Below are positions 1-14,504 of a DNA stretch of 64,000 nt, one piece after another. The stretch is from Cycas panzhihuaensis (taxonomy: Eukaryota > Plantae > Cycadophyta), in contig CM041465.1 of the NCBI GenBank assembly GCA_023213395.1, positions 73,291,741-73,355,740 of the forward strand, read 5' to 3'. Positions within the stretch are counted from its first letter, which is position 1. Each line of letters opens with the position of its first letter. A program made the position numbers and the translations under genes. The notes beneath the pieces were generated by a model. That model saw only the letters and a list, made by a program, of their open reading frames with translations, did no database searches and was not told the origin of the DNA.

Positions 1-1200
1 TTATAAAATAGGCTTCCCTCTCCACCTTGGAATCATCTTCTTGGGTGAGTATGGCACCAACAGATTCATCGGTTGCTAAAGTATAAGAAGTAAAGGGCTG
101 ATCAAACAAAGGTAGGGCTAACATGGGAGTTGAGATGAAAGCCCTCTTAAGCTCTTGAAAGCCTTCTTGGGCTTGAGGGGTTCAAACAAATGGTTTCCTT
201 TTTTTAAGCAAGTTAGTCAACGACCTTGCATTGATAATGAAGTCTGCCAAAAATTACCGCAAGAAACCTAATCGCTCCAAACTTGACTTAATTTGTCATT
301 GCATCTTTGGTGGTGGCATCTCTACTATAGCCTTGACCTTATCAAGGTAAACTTGGATCCCTTGTTGGGATACTAAAAAGCCCAACAACTTGCCAGTCGT
401 TACCAAAAAAATAGATTTAAGTAGATTAAGACTGGTGTAGTATTTACAACACCTAATGAATATCTTTTTAAGATCCGTAAGGTGATCAACCCTTTTATGG
501 GAAAGGCCCATTAAATCATTCATAAAGACCTCAAGAATCTTATTGATGAGGTTTTCAAAGATGAAGCACATGGCCCTTTGATAATTTGCCCTAGTACTCT
601 TCAAACCAAAGGGCATGGCCTTATAAGCGAACATTCCTTAATGAGTTGTAAAGGTAGTTTGATAGCAATTTTTATGAGATATTTGTATTTGGTTGTATTT
701 TGAAAAGCCATCAATTAAGGACATAACCTTAAACCCCATAATACAATTAATGATTTAGTTAATAAATGGGAGAGGGAAGTTGTCCTTGGGACATGCATTC
801 TTAACATCCTAGAAATCAATACATATGTCTATAGTTTCATTCTTTTTAGCAGCCAAGACTATGTTAGACACCCGTTTTGGGTAGTCAATAGAAGAGATAA
901 GGCCCACACTATGTAACTTTTTGACCTCCATCTTAACTATTGTCAATAATTTATAGCGCAAAGGGTGTTGTTTTTACTGCACATGTTAGGCACTTGGGAT
1001 CATTGTGAGGTTGTGGGAATAGTCCCATATAAAGACATCATGGAACTCGTGAAAGAGTTTCATACACTCCCTAACTTCTTAAGGGGAATATTTAGCCCTA
1101 ATCTTAATAACCCTATCAAAGGCAAGGATGATGTCCTTGGTTACCCTTACACATAATACATTCCCCTCCTCGAAGTGAGGGGGGGCTTGGTCAATGGATA
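1..1200 (-). pseudogene. Gypsy pol remnant: reverse transcriptase and connection region
   Basis: ORF 296-634 has the MPFGLK and GKLLGFLVS motifs. Flanking frames carry further RT-like motifs broken by stops and frameshifts. Confidence 0.85.
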
Positions 1201-2199
1201 GATTGAGTGGAGTGCATGTTTTGTTAGGATTCCATAAACCAAGTTTATGGTATCTGGAAGGCAAGTTGGGGGAGGACCCTGCTAAATACTCTAGCAAAGC
1301 GTCATCATTCTCAAAGCAATCTATCCCATGGATAATCTTTATTATAGGAAACAAAGGTTATTGTAGAGGCAAGATAGGTTGGTAATAATTAGTTAACCAA
1401 TCCATATAATCGGGTGACTCTTCCAAAGAGTTGAAATGTACTCGCATGATAGATCTACCTTTTGCTTGAGGTGGAGGACTTTAGAAAGGTATAGGGTCAC
1501 AAACAATGGACTTATCACGAGAAAAGATGGCCTTCACATCATTATTATTGCTATGAGCCAAAGGGGAATGGTTCAACTCTTTGGATGAATGTCCTTAGGT
1601 CAGTTGAGTCCCTACATACCTAAGCAAATTTATAGTGCATGGAAGGTAGGAGAAAATTAATGGGGAACCTACCATATAGTCATTGAATTCATTACGTACA
1701 CCCCAAGGGATTCCCCCTTGGAATGTGGCTTAGATTGAGGGAGGAGGGGAAGGCCCCCTATGTGATCCTTCAAGTTAAGTAGGATCCGCCTGATCAGAGT
1801 GTCTGTTGTGTAGGAGATAAGATGAATGGTAAGCCACCCATGCCCTAAGGTAAGGGGACTCTTGTCTTAAAAGAGACAAGGTGGATTGGGCTTGAGACAA
1901 ACTTGATTGATATAAGTTTGGGCCAAAGGGAGGAGGAGTGTCTACATGAGGTGGCATTCCCTTAGTAATGTTAAGGAAAGAGACTTAGCATGGGGATTCC
2001 TCATAATCTTCATTGACAGACTCCTTGTCACTAAGAAGGGCCAGATAGTCTAACTCCCAATACCGATTGGGGCAAAACGAACTAAATTTGGCTAGGATAA
2101 AGGAGCTAGCTCACTTTTGTAGGGTGCCTCACATTCAAAGAATGTAATGATCGATAGGTCTGAGGAGTCCTCTTCTTTATTTACAACTCTAAAGATAGC

Positions 2200-4400
2200 T
2201 TGGCAAGGCCAATGAGATGACTTAATAGGCAGGGGCTCCCGAATAACAACTTTAATTTGTCCTTGGTGGATAAATTTGAGTTGGCCCCATTGTGAGGAAC
2301 ATACCACTTCTATTTAATCTAACCAAGGTCATCCTAATAGGAGATTGTAATTAACATCAATGTCAAAAATAAGGATGTCTATTTCTACAGTCTTGTCCTC
2401 CAATATGAGTAAAAGGGTCATTGTCCACAATGATGCCTTCTCACTTCCATCATAGCCTTGGCATCTCCAAGGGATAAGCTCTAGGGCCTTTATGCTGATC
2501 CTTGGCTGATGGGAGGTCATGTGGGTTGAACGTGATAAAAGTGGACCTATGTGAGGAAGTGCCCATGGAGTGAATAGGGGTATTGTTATACCCTAAAGCC
2601 TCCAAGAGGAGGGCTCTCTAGGCGGGGCATCTCTTTTGGACATCCATCATGGACATTCCAATAGAGACAATATGAAGTTCTTCAATAATTAAGAAAGCCT
2701 TCCATTTTCCCATGGGTTAGGGGATAGTGCACTTGAAATCATAATGCCTTGGTCATATGGGTATAGTCTTTGGGATAACAAATATCTTTATTGGAGGACT
2801 CTCCAAGGAGGGTTGTTATTGTGAGGTGTAGGCCTTACCAGCTTCCTTTACCACTTGAGAACATGTGATCGGGCATACTTGCGTGGTCTTAAGCAATTGG
2901 ATGATCCTCTTGCCCTTAATTTTGGGTTGCGAGGATGTTGTAGGTTGAGCCATTAGGCTCAAAGGAGAAGAGGTATTACCAGGCTCATTGGCCTTGGATT
3001 GGTCTGATGGAGGGGGAGGAGGGGAGCCCTTCTAATCCTAGATCTTTTGTTCTGTTGTTGGGACCCTTATTCTTATTCCTCATGATTAGGGAATGGATCT
3101 TGATGTAGTGACTACTCCAAATTAGGTTTGGAAGCACCTTGAGGTGGAAGGTCATGTGGTAGTGCTAATTTGGGGTGTTGTGTCCAACACCTCAAATCAT
3201 CATAGGTGCACTTGCCATGAACTATGCACCACTTCTTTTCAGGAGGAGGTCTTGCTCTCTTCCCTTATAAATATTGAGTACTCTCATTTTTGGGCAGTGG
3301 GGTTTAGGCAGTTTAATAAACCTACCGATATCCTTATGGAAATGGGTATGGTTTAGATGTAAATTGAGCCAATTGTAGTTTCAAGTCTCTTGTCATTTGC
3401 TCAAAGGAGCAAACAACAGAGGTAAGAGGATCCATGGTCTTATTGATCACGTTGATAAGGGGCCTAAATAGTTACAATGGTCCCTTTGTGGAGGAGGCAA
3501 TGCCTCGTGACATTGTGCGTTCTTAGGAATCTTCTTAAGACTAGCTTAGATCTCAATAGATTCTAATGCCAAGCATTTAACTATAGTAGATTCCCACATT
3601 GTTGCCCCCACTTTTAGGACTTCCATGTGAACTTCAGGATGCAACTCTTTCATAAAGATGTCCCTCTTCAACTCTTTCGATAACGTCTCCTTGGAAGAGT
3701 AGAGGAGGTCATGGAATCACCTGACAAAGTCACGGTTCAATTCTTCATGGCCTTGCTCGAGTGAAAGGAGAGAAGGGCTTTAACCCCACTTTTGAAAGGC
3801 CTTACTACATCAAAATAGTTGACAAAAATGTCAACTAGTTTTTGGAATGTAAAAATAAAGTGGGCAAGGAAACGATTGAACCACTTCAATGTATCTCCTT
3901 AAGGCAACCTAGGAAATAACTTTATGAGTATGTGGTCATATGCCCAATAATCTATGCATGCCATGGTAAATTCCCTGACATGATCCATAGAGTCTTGAGA
4001 GGAGAAGCCATCGAATTTAGGCACTTTGAGTGGATGAGGGGGCAAGTTGGTCCTTAGCACCTCCATAGAAAGCAAGCTTGACTTGTAGTCAATGAAGGGG
4101 CATACCCCAAGTTGAGCTAATGGGTTGAAAGGAGGGTAGGTGGGGGCCGTGTAAGGGTACTTACTACTCACATATGGTGTATAAAAAGGGGTTGCGTAGG
4201 GCATATGCCCCTGATAATAAAGAGGGTATGATGATGTGGTGTATGAGGCTCTTCCTAATTGGTAGGGAGGAGGGGGTCCCCCATAGGAGTAAGATGAGTA
4301 AGGAGATGGGCGAGTGTGCCTCGGTCCACCTCGAGGACAAAGAGTGTATGTAGGAGGGATGTAAGTCGATGCCCTCAAAGGGATGGGTATGAAATAAGAT
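2200..4400 (-). pseudogene. Gypsy gag-protease remnant with Pro/Tyr-rich N-terminal region
   Basis: ORFs 3899-4378 (retrotransposon gag start PKFDG...DHVREF), 2329-2520 (YNLLLG) and 2092-2307 (QLKFIHQGQIKVV). Confidence 0.75.
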
Positions 4401-5541
4401 GATGAATAAGGGGTCGTTAACCCTCCTTGAGGGGGAACTAAGGATGGGATAGGTTACATCATTTGGCATGATGGATGAGGTAAAGATTTTTAGCCAAAAG
4501 GTCCCCCAATGGGAGGGGTAACCCCATAGGGTTAGAGTGAGTCCACCTTATATGTAAGTAGGGGATTAGAGCCCACATGCCCCCAAGGTTGTGATGTATA
4601 CCTTGGGAAAATATATAGGGATAGATCCCCATGATAGGAATGTAAATGAATAGGGGCCAAACCTACTTGCCTTGGATGGTAAGGACGCAAAGGTATGGTG
4701 GATGAAAGTGGAGGAACAGGGACCACCATAGTTGGTTGTGGATTTGTCGCTTAAAGGGGAGGCACATTTGTTGCCATTTAGGGAGCTTGCGTGCCTTATA
4801 AAGCTTCTTAATTAGGTGGAGCACCCATACAAATGGGTGTTGTGGTGGTGGTCTCTTGGAGAGAGGTCATTGTAGGCTAAATGGAGGAAGGAAGGGGAAT
4901 AGTGGAAGAAGCAAATGCTAAGCTAAGGAGTAACTATAGTAGCCACCTTGAGGGGGCTTGATTGATCATCGCTTCAAAGCATTCTCTTAAAGCCTCCACT
5001 TCATCCCTGGGTGGAGTATAGTTTAGGTCATAGGAGGCAGTTGGCTCTCCTTATTGACTCAGATATGCAAGAACGAGATTGGGCACATGTTCCAAATATA
5101 GAGTATGCTCATGAAGTTAGGATCCCTCAAACACATATGCTTGAGGGACTATAGAGTATACTTTTGTTTGTTCATACAAGTGGTATGAAGGATCCCTACT
5201 AGTATGGGTAGGATCTTCATATGGGTATTAAGCCTCTATATGAGGCCAATCAGGGGCATATGAGTTGTAGGCCCAATTCGATGGGCATCCCTCCATCAAT
5301 GACCCTTGGTCACTTGATTCGATGGGGGCATAAGGTGATGGCACTTCTAAAGATGGTAAGCCATGCGATTGACAAGATATATATCGCATTCACAAGCTCA
5401 CCAATCCACCTGGAAGGGTACAAAGAGGGGGTCAGGGGTAAGACGTGTATAAATCACAACTTAACACCCTAATGAGCTAAATATGTGGGGAGGTGATGTG
5501 AGAAATGCCTAGAATGAGTCAAGGGCCTTCCTACTGGCAAG

Positions 5542-5559
5542 TCCCTAGTATGGTTGCCA
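5542..5559 (-). promoter_or_regulatory. Degenerate PBS, tRNA-Arg type (Tat/Ogre)
   Basis: Minus strand reads TGGCAACCATACTAGGGA, resembling the TGGCGAC...GGGA PBS of Ogre/Tat elements. TG follows at 5561. Confidence 0.55.
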
Positions 5560-5560
5560 G

Positions 5561-7943
5561 TGAAACATGCCAGATGGTAGGTGACCTAATATGATTACAC
5601 TTTAATGGTAACAAGGGGCCTAGGGTGTGGGACCTCTACATATGTAAGTAGATCCTATGATGCCAATGTTCAGCATTGATGTGCTACTTGAGCATGATTA
5701 CAAAGGTAGAAGCAATCTAAGATAAGGAGGCTAGACTAAGGTCAACAAGTGGATGTACATTTGTATGAAATAAGGGCACAATTACGGTCTTAAGCTAGCC
5801 TATGGCAAACTGATGGAGGCAATACATTCATAGATGCAACTATATACTCTTTGTATTTTTAATACACTCATTAAATCTACTCTAAGTAAAGGTTATGATT
5901 TATCCTCACAGATTTGGGACTCATGATTGCACAATCCCTTCTCACTTGGGCTTGTAGTAAAGTAGACTATCTATTGGTCTAATTCCCTATCTTGAAAATG
6001 CAATGCAATGCATATGCAAACAAACGACATGCAATGCAACTAATCCTTTTCTTTCCTTTTTCATTTTTTTTTTGAATAAAGGAAAGGAAGAAAAGTATGG
6101 GAAGAGAGATGAGCAAACTAAAGTAACTCATTCTTCTTTTTTTTTATCCCCTAATCCTTTTCTCTTTTCTTTTTTTTTATTTTGGGAAAAAAAGGGGAAA
6201 AGGAGTAATAAGAAAATGAAGAAATCTTTATGCCTTTCTTTTTTTCTTTCTCTTTCTTTTCTTTGAGACACAACAAAAATAAGAAACTAAAAGGGATGGG
6301 GCGTACCTAGAGAAGAGTAGGTTGAAGTAGTGAGAGCCCTCTTCTAGCAAGTTGTAATGTCTTTGGTACGATGAGAAAAGAAAGGAGCTAATACTTAACC
6401 ACTCTTAAAAGAATTTCAATAGCATTTCTGCTTACCAAAAGCCTTTATGATAAAAGAAAGAGTGTAAAAATCGTAAAAATTGAGGGAAAAAATAAAAGGA
6501 AAGGAAGTGTGGAGCTTATCTTTTTTAAAGTGGTTGGTATGGAGGTTGTTGAAATGTTTGGGTGATGGATAACAATTGAGAGTCTTACAAACTTTTATCT
6601 CCTCCCTACAAACATGTTAGTTTGTTGTAAGGATAACAAATCTACAATATCTCCAATGAAAATAATCATATGTAGCTCATGAAAAGGAATAAGCTCAAAG
6701 CATAAAGAAATAATCCCAAATTTATAAGTATAAAAGAAGAAAATGGATTAGGTTGGAGTGCCTCGGAATAGAAACCATTCCACAATTTATAAGGATTCCT
6801 AAGTTGTACTTGGGAACCTCCCCAACCATGCAATTTCTAAAATCAATCAACAAAGAAGTAAGCAAAAAGAGAGCTATGAAGAAACGTTACCCAATGGATG
6901 AAAGCAATCAATAATTAAGGAAACCTTTTAGCTAATCCTACCATAAAATCATACACTCATGGAATATGACTATGGCAAACAAAAGAGAAAGGAAGTGAAG
7001 CCAAGCAAAATGGAGTGGATTACCTATACCTTGTGAATATTTGTGGGCCAATAGTAGTTGGTTCTTCTCCAAGGACTCTTAAGTTACTTTGGGTATATGC
7101 TTGCAATCTCCAAGCGAAAGTTAGTGGGTTTTATCAAATTTCTAGAATTCTAGCAAAAATCTGACAATATAACAATAGGGTTACTTAATCATAAAGGTAT
7201 CCTCCTTTTCCTTTGGAAAAAGGAAGGGATTTATAGATGAAGTAAAGGTAAAGGGTTGGTATTTTTTGCCTAAAATATAGAAAAAATCATTAATAAAAAC
7301 CCATGAATCTTGCTCATGGTTTGAAACATTTTACTTGAAAAAAGCAAAAAATTATGAGGATTGAGGCATGTTTAGCCTCTCAATGCTAATGCAAGCTGAC
7401 TTGGGGTTGACATGGCTTGCCAAATCTTAGAATCGATCATTTATAAGCCAATTATCATTGTTAAACTCAAATTTAGGTTGGTGACAGTCGTACCATGAAT
7501 TTATTTATGGTACCATGAACATGTTTGCAGTATCATGAAGTGCCTTGTGGTACTACTTTTGTAGTCAAAAAATAAGGTGATAAAGCAACAAAGTCTATTT
7601 TTTCACTAATTTTTATCATATAATCAAGTAGACTCATAAATGATAGGTCCTAAAGATAGTAATCAGTCAACATTGAGTGACAACAAGGTGAAAATGAGGC
7701 TAAATAGGCAAAAATGAGGTAACAATCAATAAGGAAACAAATTGCAAGTGGTTGGAGAGGTATCATTTCCAACCTAAGAAATTTAATGGGTGGACATAAC
7801 AGCCATGGATCGAGGTCTTGATCGCCATCAACATGTAAGAAGGGCATGCATCAACCATCAAGCAAGCGATCAAGCATATACCAACCATACAATCCTTAGA
7901 TATAAATCAATAAAGAGTAAAAAAGGGTGATAAGCATCTTATA
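5561..7943 (-). repeat. Putative long 5' LTR (~2.3 kb) of the Tat/Ogre-like element
   Basis: Starts at TG next to the PBS, is non-coding and T/A-tract rich, and ends where homology to the LTR of the next element begins. The partner LTR is outside the window. Confidence 0.45.
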
Positions 7944-10900
7944 CTTATCTTACTTGGTTGAGTATCCAAACCCCATTCCCAGAAGTCAGGAAATAGGTGC
8001 TTACCTTTCCACTTAATATAAAGTACTTAATCCCATTTTATAGTGTTTCCACCATATAACTGATTAATAGAATATAATATCTTAATTAACCAATCAAATA
8101 AGGCAATATTAAATTACCACTTAACATATTTAAATATGGCTTCTTAATATTGACTTATGAGAAACTGAAAGACAATAAGCATGAGAATACATCACTATGC
8201 AAATCCTCCCTTGAGAATGACTTCATGATGGAGAATGCATCTAAATAATAGTTTGTAATATTTAAATCTATTTAAAACATATGTGCTTTGCCTGAGTTTA
8301 TTATAATCCATATAATGAAAAAACCATGTACTAGATGACGTGGATAATTGGTCACTACAACTCCTAGTTTATTAGGATGTTCTTTATATATATAGTTCAT
8401 CAACATTTTAATTGTGCTTGCCTGGAATGTATCTCAACCAAATAGAATTGATTGGATGCTTCATGAAATACACTTAAATTAGAGTTTTCAACCCTAAAAA
8501 CTAAATTTTGAAGCACAATAATATAAATTTAGAAACCAACAATTGTCAAATAATGAAGAAGCATATAATTGAAAACCTAATCAAATTTCTCCATGAATCT
8601 AAATCTTAAAATGTCTTTAAATCTTGCTAAAATATGAAAATATCAATTCTAAAGCTTGAAAGGTCAAAAATCAGAAATTTAATTGCACATATGTGTAGAC
8701 CTTAAAAAAACACTTTGAATTAAAAAAAGAATTTTTGAAATAAGATATTAAATGATCAAGTTTTAGTGACTTGAAGATTATGTGGGAAATTGAGTAAATT
8801 TGACTATTTTTAATGAGATGCAAAATTGACCTAAATTTTCACTACCAAATCAAAACACAAGTATACTTTATAACTGCTTATTTCAATGGCATCTGAACTA
8901 GGATCTCAAAATGTTGATAAAACTAAAATTATGTGTCCTAGTGAAAAGTTACGCTTAAAAGAGTACAGGTAATTATATGAAATTCTAAACTTTTATTAAA
9001 ATTATGGCATTTGCCCCTTTTCAAAATAACCCTAATCATATCTTAAATTCCATAGGATTGAGGGCTAATGCACAAGGGGCTAATGGTTGAACTTCATAAA
9101 AATTTCTAATTTGGTTTAATCAAACCAAACCATTGGAAAAGATATATATTTAAATAACCAAATTTAAAGAACAACATACCCATGTTTTCAAAAATTAATT
9201 ATTGTTACAAAAGAACTTGATTTAGATACCAAAAATTACTAGATCTCTTGATGAATAATTAAAGGAAGATCATGACAACTCAAAAATCATGTAAACAAGT
9301 TTTTAAAAATGTACTTTTAATGGAGATATTCATTGGTAATATTATGGAGGAGCGTGAGGTTATGGCGCAATGTAAGGACATGTAGCTTTGTCGAGAGCCA
9401 CTAGACCTATGTAGGGCTGCCAATCCACCAATGGGTGCCATAGAAGGTTGTGCACAACAACATGAGCAACGAGAGGATGCCTTGGAGATGTATGAGGGTT
9501 TATGAAGAGTCCATAGGCCAATTAAGATTATCACAGAAGGAGAATAAATTCATATGAGATCCCAACAACTAAGAATAATTAAAAATACTCAGTTAAAGCT
9601 AGCTAAGTAAGAAATAGAGTGCCCAATAAAGAAGAAGAAGGACAAAGCCATGTGTAGAGCTGCCTAAACTGCCTAACACCAACAAAAGGTTTAGGTACAC
9701 ACCAGACAAACTAGCAAAACCTTACAAGGGAAAGATCTACAAAATACACAAAAAATAACTACTTAGTTCTACTATTGTTCTACCTTAATAGTGAACTACT
9801 TGCAAAACCATCTAAGCCTAAAGATTTTAACTAAAAGTGCCTTTTCAATGAATATAAAAAACATGCACATGATGAGCTCTAAATGAATATGAAGCTATAA
9901 TGAAACTATATTTAAAGAAACTAAATTAGTCTACAATACATTCAATTGAGCTGGAAATTAAAGGTGGCTTGTAAATAAGCATTAAACATGCATAAAATAG
10001 GCTTGAAATAAACATGAAATTAACCTCAAATTTGCCACCAAATTAAGAGAATGATATCTAGTATGCACCAAATCGGTACTGAATGGTAATTGGATACTAG
10101 CTTTACAACCTATTAACTTACCTTAAATAACTAAATTGTTGAATTATGATTGAAGCCTATTGAATAAAAACTGAGAGAGATGTACGAAATAAGGCATTGT
10201 AAGGAGATTGTTAGACGGCTACCAATAATCCTAAGAGAGGACTAGGTAAGAGAGAATCCAAGGAGCTAATGTATTTGAATGCTCTTGATGTGTCTACAAA
10301 ATATACCACATGTAATAAGGCAGGAATATACTAAAACAAGTTTAAAAATAAACTAAATAGCTTGAGGAAACCAAACTTTGAATCAAATTAAACATGTACA
10401 TAGATGAAGCTCTTGATATTTTGTCAACTTGTTATGATACCATGTTAGAAAATAGATTTTACTACCATATAAAAATATCATATATAACATTAATACCATG
10501 ATGAATAAACTAAAGTAATAAGGTCATTAGATGTAATAGGATTGTTAATAATTGTTGAAGGTGGTATATGCTCTAATACCACAAAGATAGCCTAGGATCT
10601 CTTAGAGAGGGAATGTACTGGGAGACTAAGATAATTAATACCAAATCAATAACACTAAATGGACAAATAAGTAAGCAAGCATACACTCAAGTATATGAAG
10701 ATAATAGAGATGGAGGAGTAGGAATTGCTTCTATCTCTAAATAATAAGATTAGCTTGTATTTAATTAAGCAAGATAATAATACAATACCTTATTCCCATC
10801 ATAATCTACATGAGAAATGGTCTCAATATATAGAGGAGGGGGAATCTTGGGGGTTATATGTTTGACACTTATCAAACATGTACGCCTTGACCCATGTGCA

Positions 10901-11099
10901 CTCACATATGCAAAAGTGCATGAGGGGTACATTGACGCTCAAGTCACAACATCATATCACTAGAAGTGAAGCACCCTTACATAAAGTGCATGATGTTATA
11001 ATATAAAGTACATGACTTAACATTTAAATATTAAGCTCTAACACCCCCCTTTAATGTTTATAATATTAAGATTTACTTAATGTATTGCACTAATTAAAA

Positions 11100-14000
11100 T
11101 GTTACTCCAAATATACCTCCATTGCAAGGTCATTGTTTAGGAAGGTGCTCTTCATGTCCATATGATGGATTGACTGTTTACATTGTATAACTTGGTCCAA
11201 TATTAGTTTAACAGTATTCATGCTTGTTGTGGGTGCAAAGGTTTCTCCATAGTTAATGCCTTCTTTATGTTTGAATACTTTGGCCACCAATCAAGCCTTG
11301 TGTCATTCGATGAAGTTATCAAATCAAAGTTTGGTTTTGTATCTCCTTTTGCAAGTAATTGTCTACTTTCTATTAGGTAATTTTACCAAATCCCAAGTTC
11401 CATTATTTTCAATAGAATAGATTTCTTCATCTACGACAATTTTCTACTTTTCATCTTTACAAGCCTCCTTAAAAGTAGAAGGCTCATCAATACAAAGTAC
11501 TTTAATTATAAGTGTATAATTGACTGATTACTATCTCATTTTAGATGGATGTTTTCCTTCATGTACTTGTGTATCCTGTACTATTTGAGTATACTATTTG
11601 GGTAAATCCTTTATGGTTATAATTATAACATCAATATCCCAAGCTTGTAATGATTGAATAACCTCTAAAGAGCTATTATTAGGGTCAAGAGGAGTTGTTG
11701 ATGATGATGGAGCTAAATTTGATGAAGAAGCCACAAGAGCAAAAGATGAACACGGTGTTAAAGATTGAGAGGGAAGAAAGTCCTCAACAATTAGTTTGCC
11801 TTTATCAAAAGATAGATGGATGGATGCTTATTATATCTCTTCATTATCCTTAGCAAATATAACATCTTTTGATGTATGCATTTTCTTAGTAATGGGATCA
11901 TACACTCTATATGCTTTATTACTAATATAGTAACTAATGAAAATGTATTTTAAACTTTTATCATCTAATTTTCATCTTTGTTGTTAAGGAATGTACATAT
12001 ATGCAGTGCACCTAAAAGTGCGTAAACAACTAACAGTTGGCTTTTTGTCAAACTAAGTCTTCTCTACTGTCATACTAATGACTGCTATATTAAGGCTCCT
12101 ATTGGAGACATAAATTATTGTATAAAATGCTTCTACCCAATAAAAAAAATAGAAGGCCTTCTGTATGTATTATGATTTTAGCTTTGTTTACCAAAGCCCT
12201 ACTTATTTTCTTAGCTACTCTATTTTGTTGAGGTGTGTATGGAGAGTTGGGTTGTCTCTTCATCTCATGATCTTTATAAAAGTAGTTAAATTCCCTTAAA
12301 GTAAACTTACCATCACTGTTAGATGTCAATATTTTGATTGGTAGATCTAATTCATTCTCTACAGTAAGTTTGAATTCTTTGAATTTATCCAAAGCTTTAA
12401 ATTTATGTTTGATGAAGTAAACCCAAACTTTGTATGAGAATTTATCGATGAAGGTAATATAATATAATGCTTCTCTAAGAAATGGTATGGATATGGGTCC
12501 ACATAAATTTGTATGTACCAGCTATAATGGTTGAGATGCATACCATGCTTTGCCTTTTCAAAAAGTCTCTCAATATTGTTTTACCATTATATAAGCTTCA
12601 CAAAGGCATTTTAATGCAAAAATCTTTAGAAGTCTAAACATTATATTTTCACTAAACATCATTTTTATGTTTTCTAGATTCAAGTGACCTACCTATTATA
12701 CCAAAGCTGTTCTTTTATCAATGATTAAAAGGCATATGTTGGTGAAGTATCAAGTGTAATATTTAATGCATCCAACTTGTGAAGTCCATGGTCTTCATAT
12801 CCAATGACAACCACTTAATCATTCATATCATTGACTATGAATTTCCCACTTTTAAACAAGACACTCATCTGTTGCTTATATAATTGGCTAACATATATTA
12901 GGCTTTTATATATTGAAAGCACCAAGTAAGCATCATCTATGAGAAATGTAGAAGTACAATAATCTAGTGGGTGGTAAGAGATAATTTTTTCCACTCCAGA
13001 TATTTGTACAATCTCATTATTACCAAAGGTGATTATTTACCATTTTTCTTTTGAAATATCATACAACAAATGCTTGTCACTAGTCATATGACAAAATTCT
13101 CTTAAATCAATAATCCATATATTATTATTGTTGGCGGTGTGATAAGCACAAAATAATTTATCATCATCTATAAATTAATGAGTGTGGCATTGATTGCCAT
13201 CCCTATATGCCCCCTTTCTTTGTGACCTCAAAATGCACCTCGATTTAGTCTATGAGGGAGCTATTATTGTTGTCGTTATTGTGGTTGTTATTACTGCTAT
13301 TGAGGCTAGTTCTACTGCTATTATAAATCAAACTAATGCTTCTGGCACTTTGGTCGAATATAGCCAATTTTACCATAATAATGGTAAACAATGTTATTGC
13401 CTTTTGATATGATAATATATAGATTCTCAAATTGTTTGGTAAAGCTATGTTTAGAAATATACCCTTATACTTAGTTGCGAATGCTCCTGATGTGGATGCT
13501 TCATCTTAATTAGAGTAGATTTGCTCCTCTCATAGTAAAAGACTTTCAAGTTGATTAAAAGTTAGTATGCCACATGTGCCTCATCGAATGATCAATGAAA
13601 TGAAGTGATTATACTCTTGTGGTAATGTATGAATTATAGCAGTCACAAAGTCTTCATTTAATACCAATTTGCCTAATTTGGTTAATTGATTGTTAATCTC
13701 TTTGATCGATGATAAGAAAATTATCATAATCTTCAACAAATTTTATAGTAAACAACTTTGCTTTTAATATTACAATATGAGCATCATCTCGCCTTTCATA
13801 CAAAAAATGCAAAGTATCCCAAGTATCTTTAAAAGAAACAATATTTATAATATTTTAATTAACAACATTATTAATTGTCATATGAATAAATGTTAAGGCC
13901 ATTCCATTTCATCCTTAGCTTCCCATGTTGTAACCAAAGTAGGATTAGGATGGATTATGACATTACTATTAGTTGAACTTTTAACGGGAATAGGTATTCT

Positions 14001-14130
14001 AACTATACCTGCTATATAAGCCTAAAATTTATTTATAATAAGTAAATATTTTAAGTGTTTTTTCTATTCTTAAAAGTTATCTTATCGAATTAACTTATAT
14101 GGCTTGCATTAAGCATGTTTATAGTTTTGA
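11100..14130 (-). pseudogene. Copia gag-pol remnant of element B, truncated within RT
   Basis: ORF 12099-12392 (integrase: IKILTSNSDGKF...PYTPQQNRVA) and ORF 11102-11290 (RT: GINYGETFAP...HHMDMKSTFLNNDLAMEVYLE). Confidence 0.85.
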
Positions 14131-14504
14131 CTATGTTCAAGTTGTTTTAAAACATACTCTTATTTCTAAGAGATGACTTGGAAACTCAAAGATTTTGCTG
14201 CCTAAGTTCCATTCACAAATATATTGACAACTCTAATCTTACAAGTAAGATCTAATAATTGAAGAGAGTAAATTAAAAAATAGAGGACTAAGCAAGGAGT
14301 TGGTACAACCTTAATATTTCAAATAGATTTAATATTTGACTAATATCAAATTTAGAATAAGCAAGGTAGGGTTGATCTGCATGGATGTACTATGCTTTTT
14401 TTGAAGTTTAAAATTTTAATAATACCCTTTCAAAACCTCCTTTCCTTCAAAAGATCTCAATTATTATGCATTGAATGTATGGTCAGTTGCTCCTTTAGGG
14501 AATA

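Larger units (their letters stand above)
1..7943 (-). mobile_element. Degenerate Ty3/Gypsy LTR retrotransposon, Tat/Ogre-like; 3' part runs off the left edge
   Basis: Minus-strand gag (KVPKFDGFSSQDSMDHVREF...LIKLFP, ~3900-4050), protease-like stretch (VEIDILIFDIDVNYNLLLG, 2329-2520) and RT (FAYKAMPFGLK...FMNDL...GKLLGFLVSQQGI, 296-634). A tRNA-Arg-type PBS lies at 5542-5559, followed by a long LTR-like region. The right end (7833 or 7943) is uncertain. Confidence 0.8.

Noticed and set aside
3899-4729. Extensin-like Pro/Tyr-rich host gene
   Set aside because: It is in frame with and contiguous to the Gypsy gag motif, downstream of the element's PBS.
14500-14504. Same GAATA target site used by element D and the TRIM
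   Set aside because: Two AT-rich 5-mers in an AT-rich window; not enough to claim target specificity.
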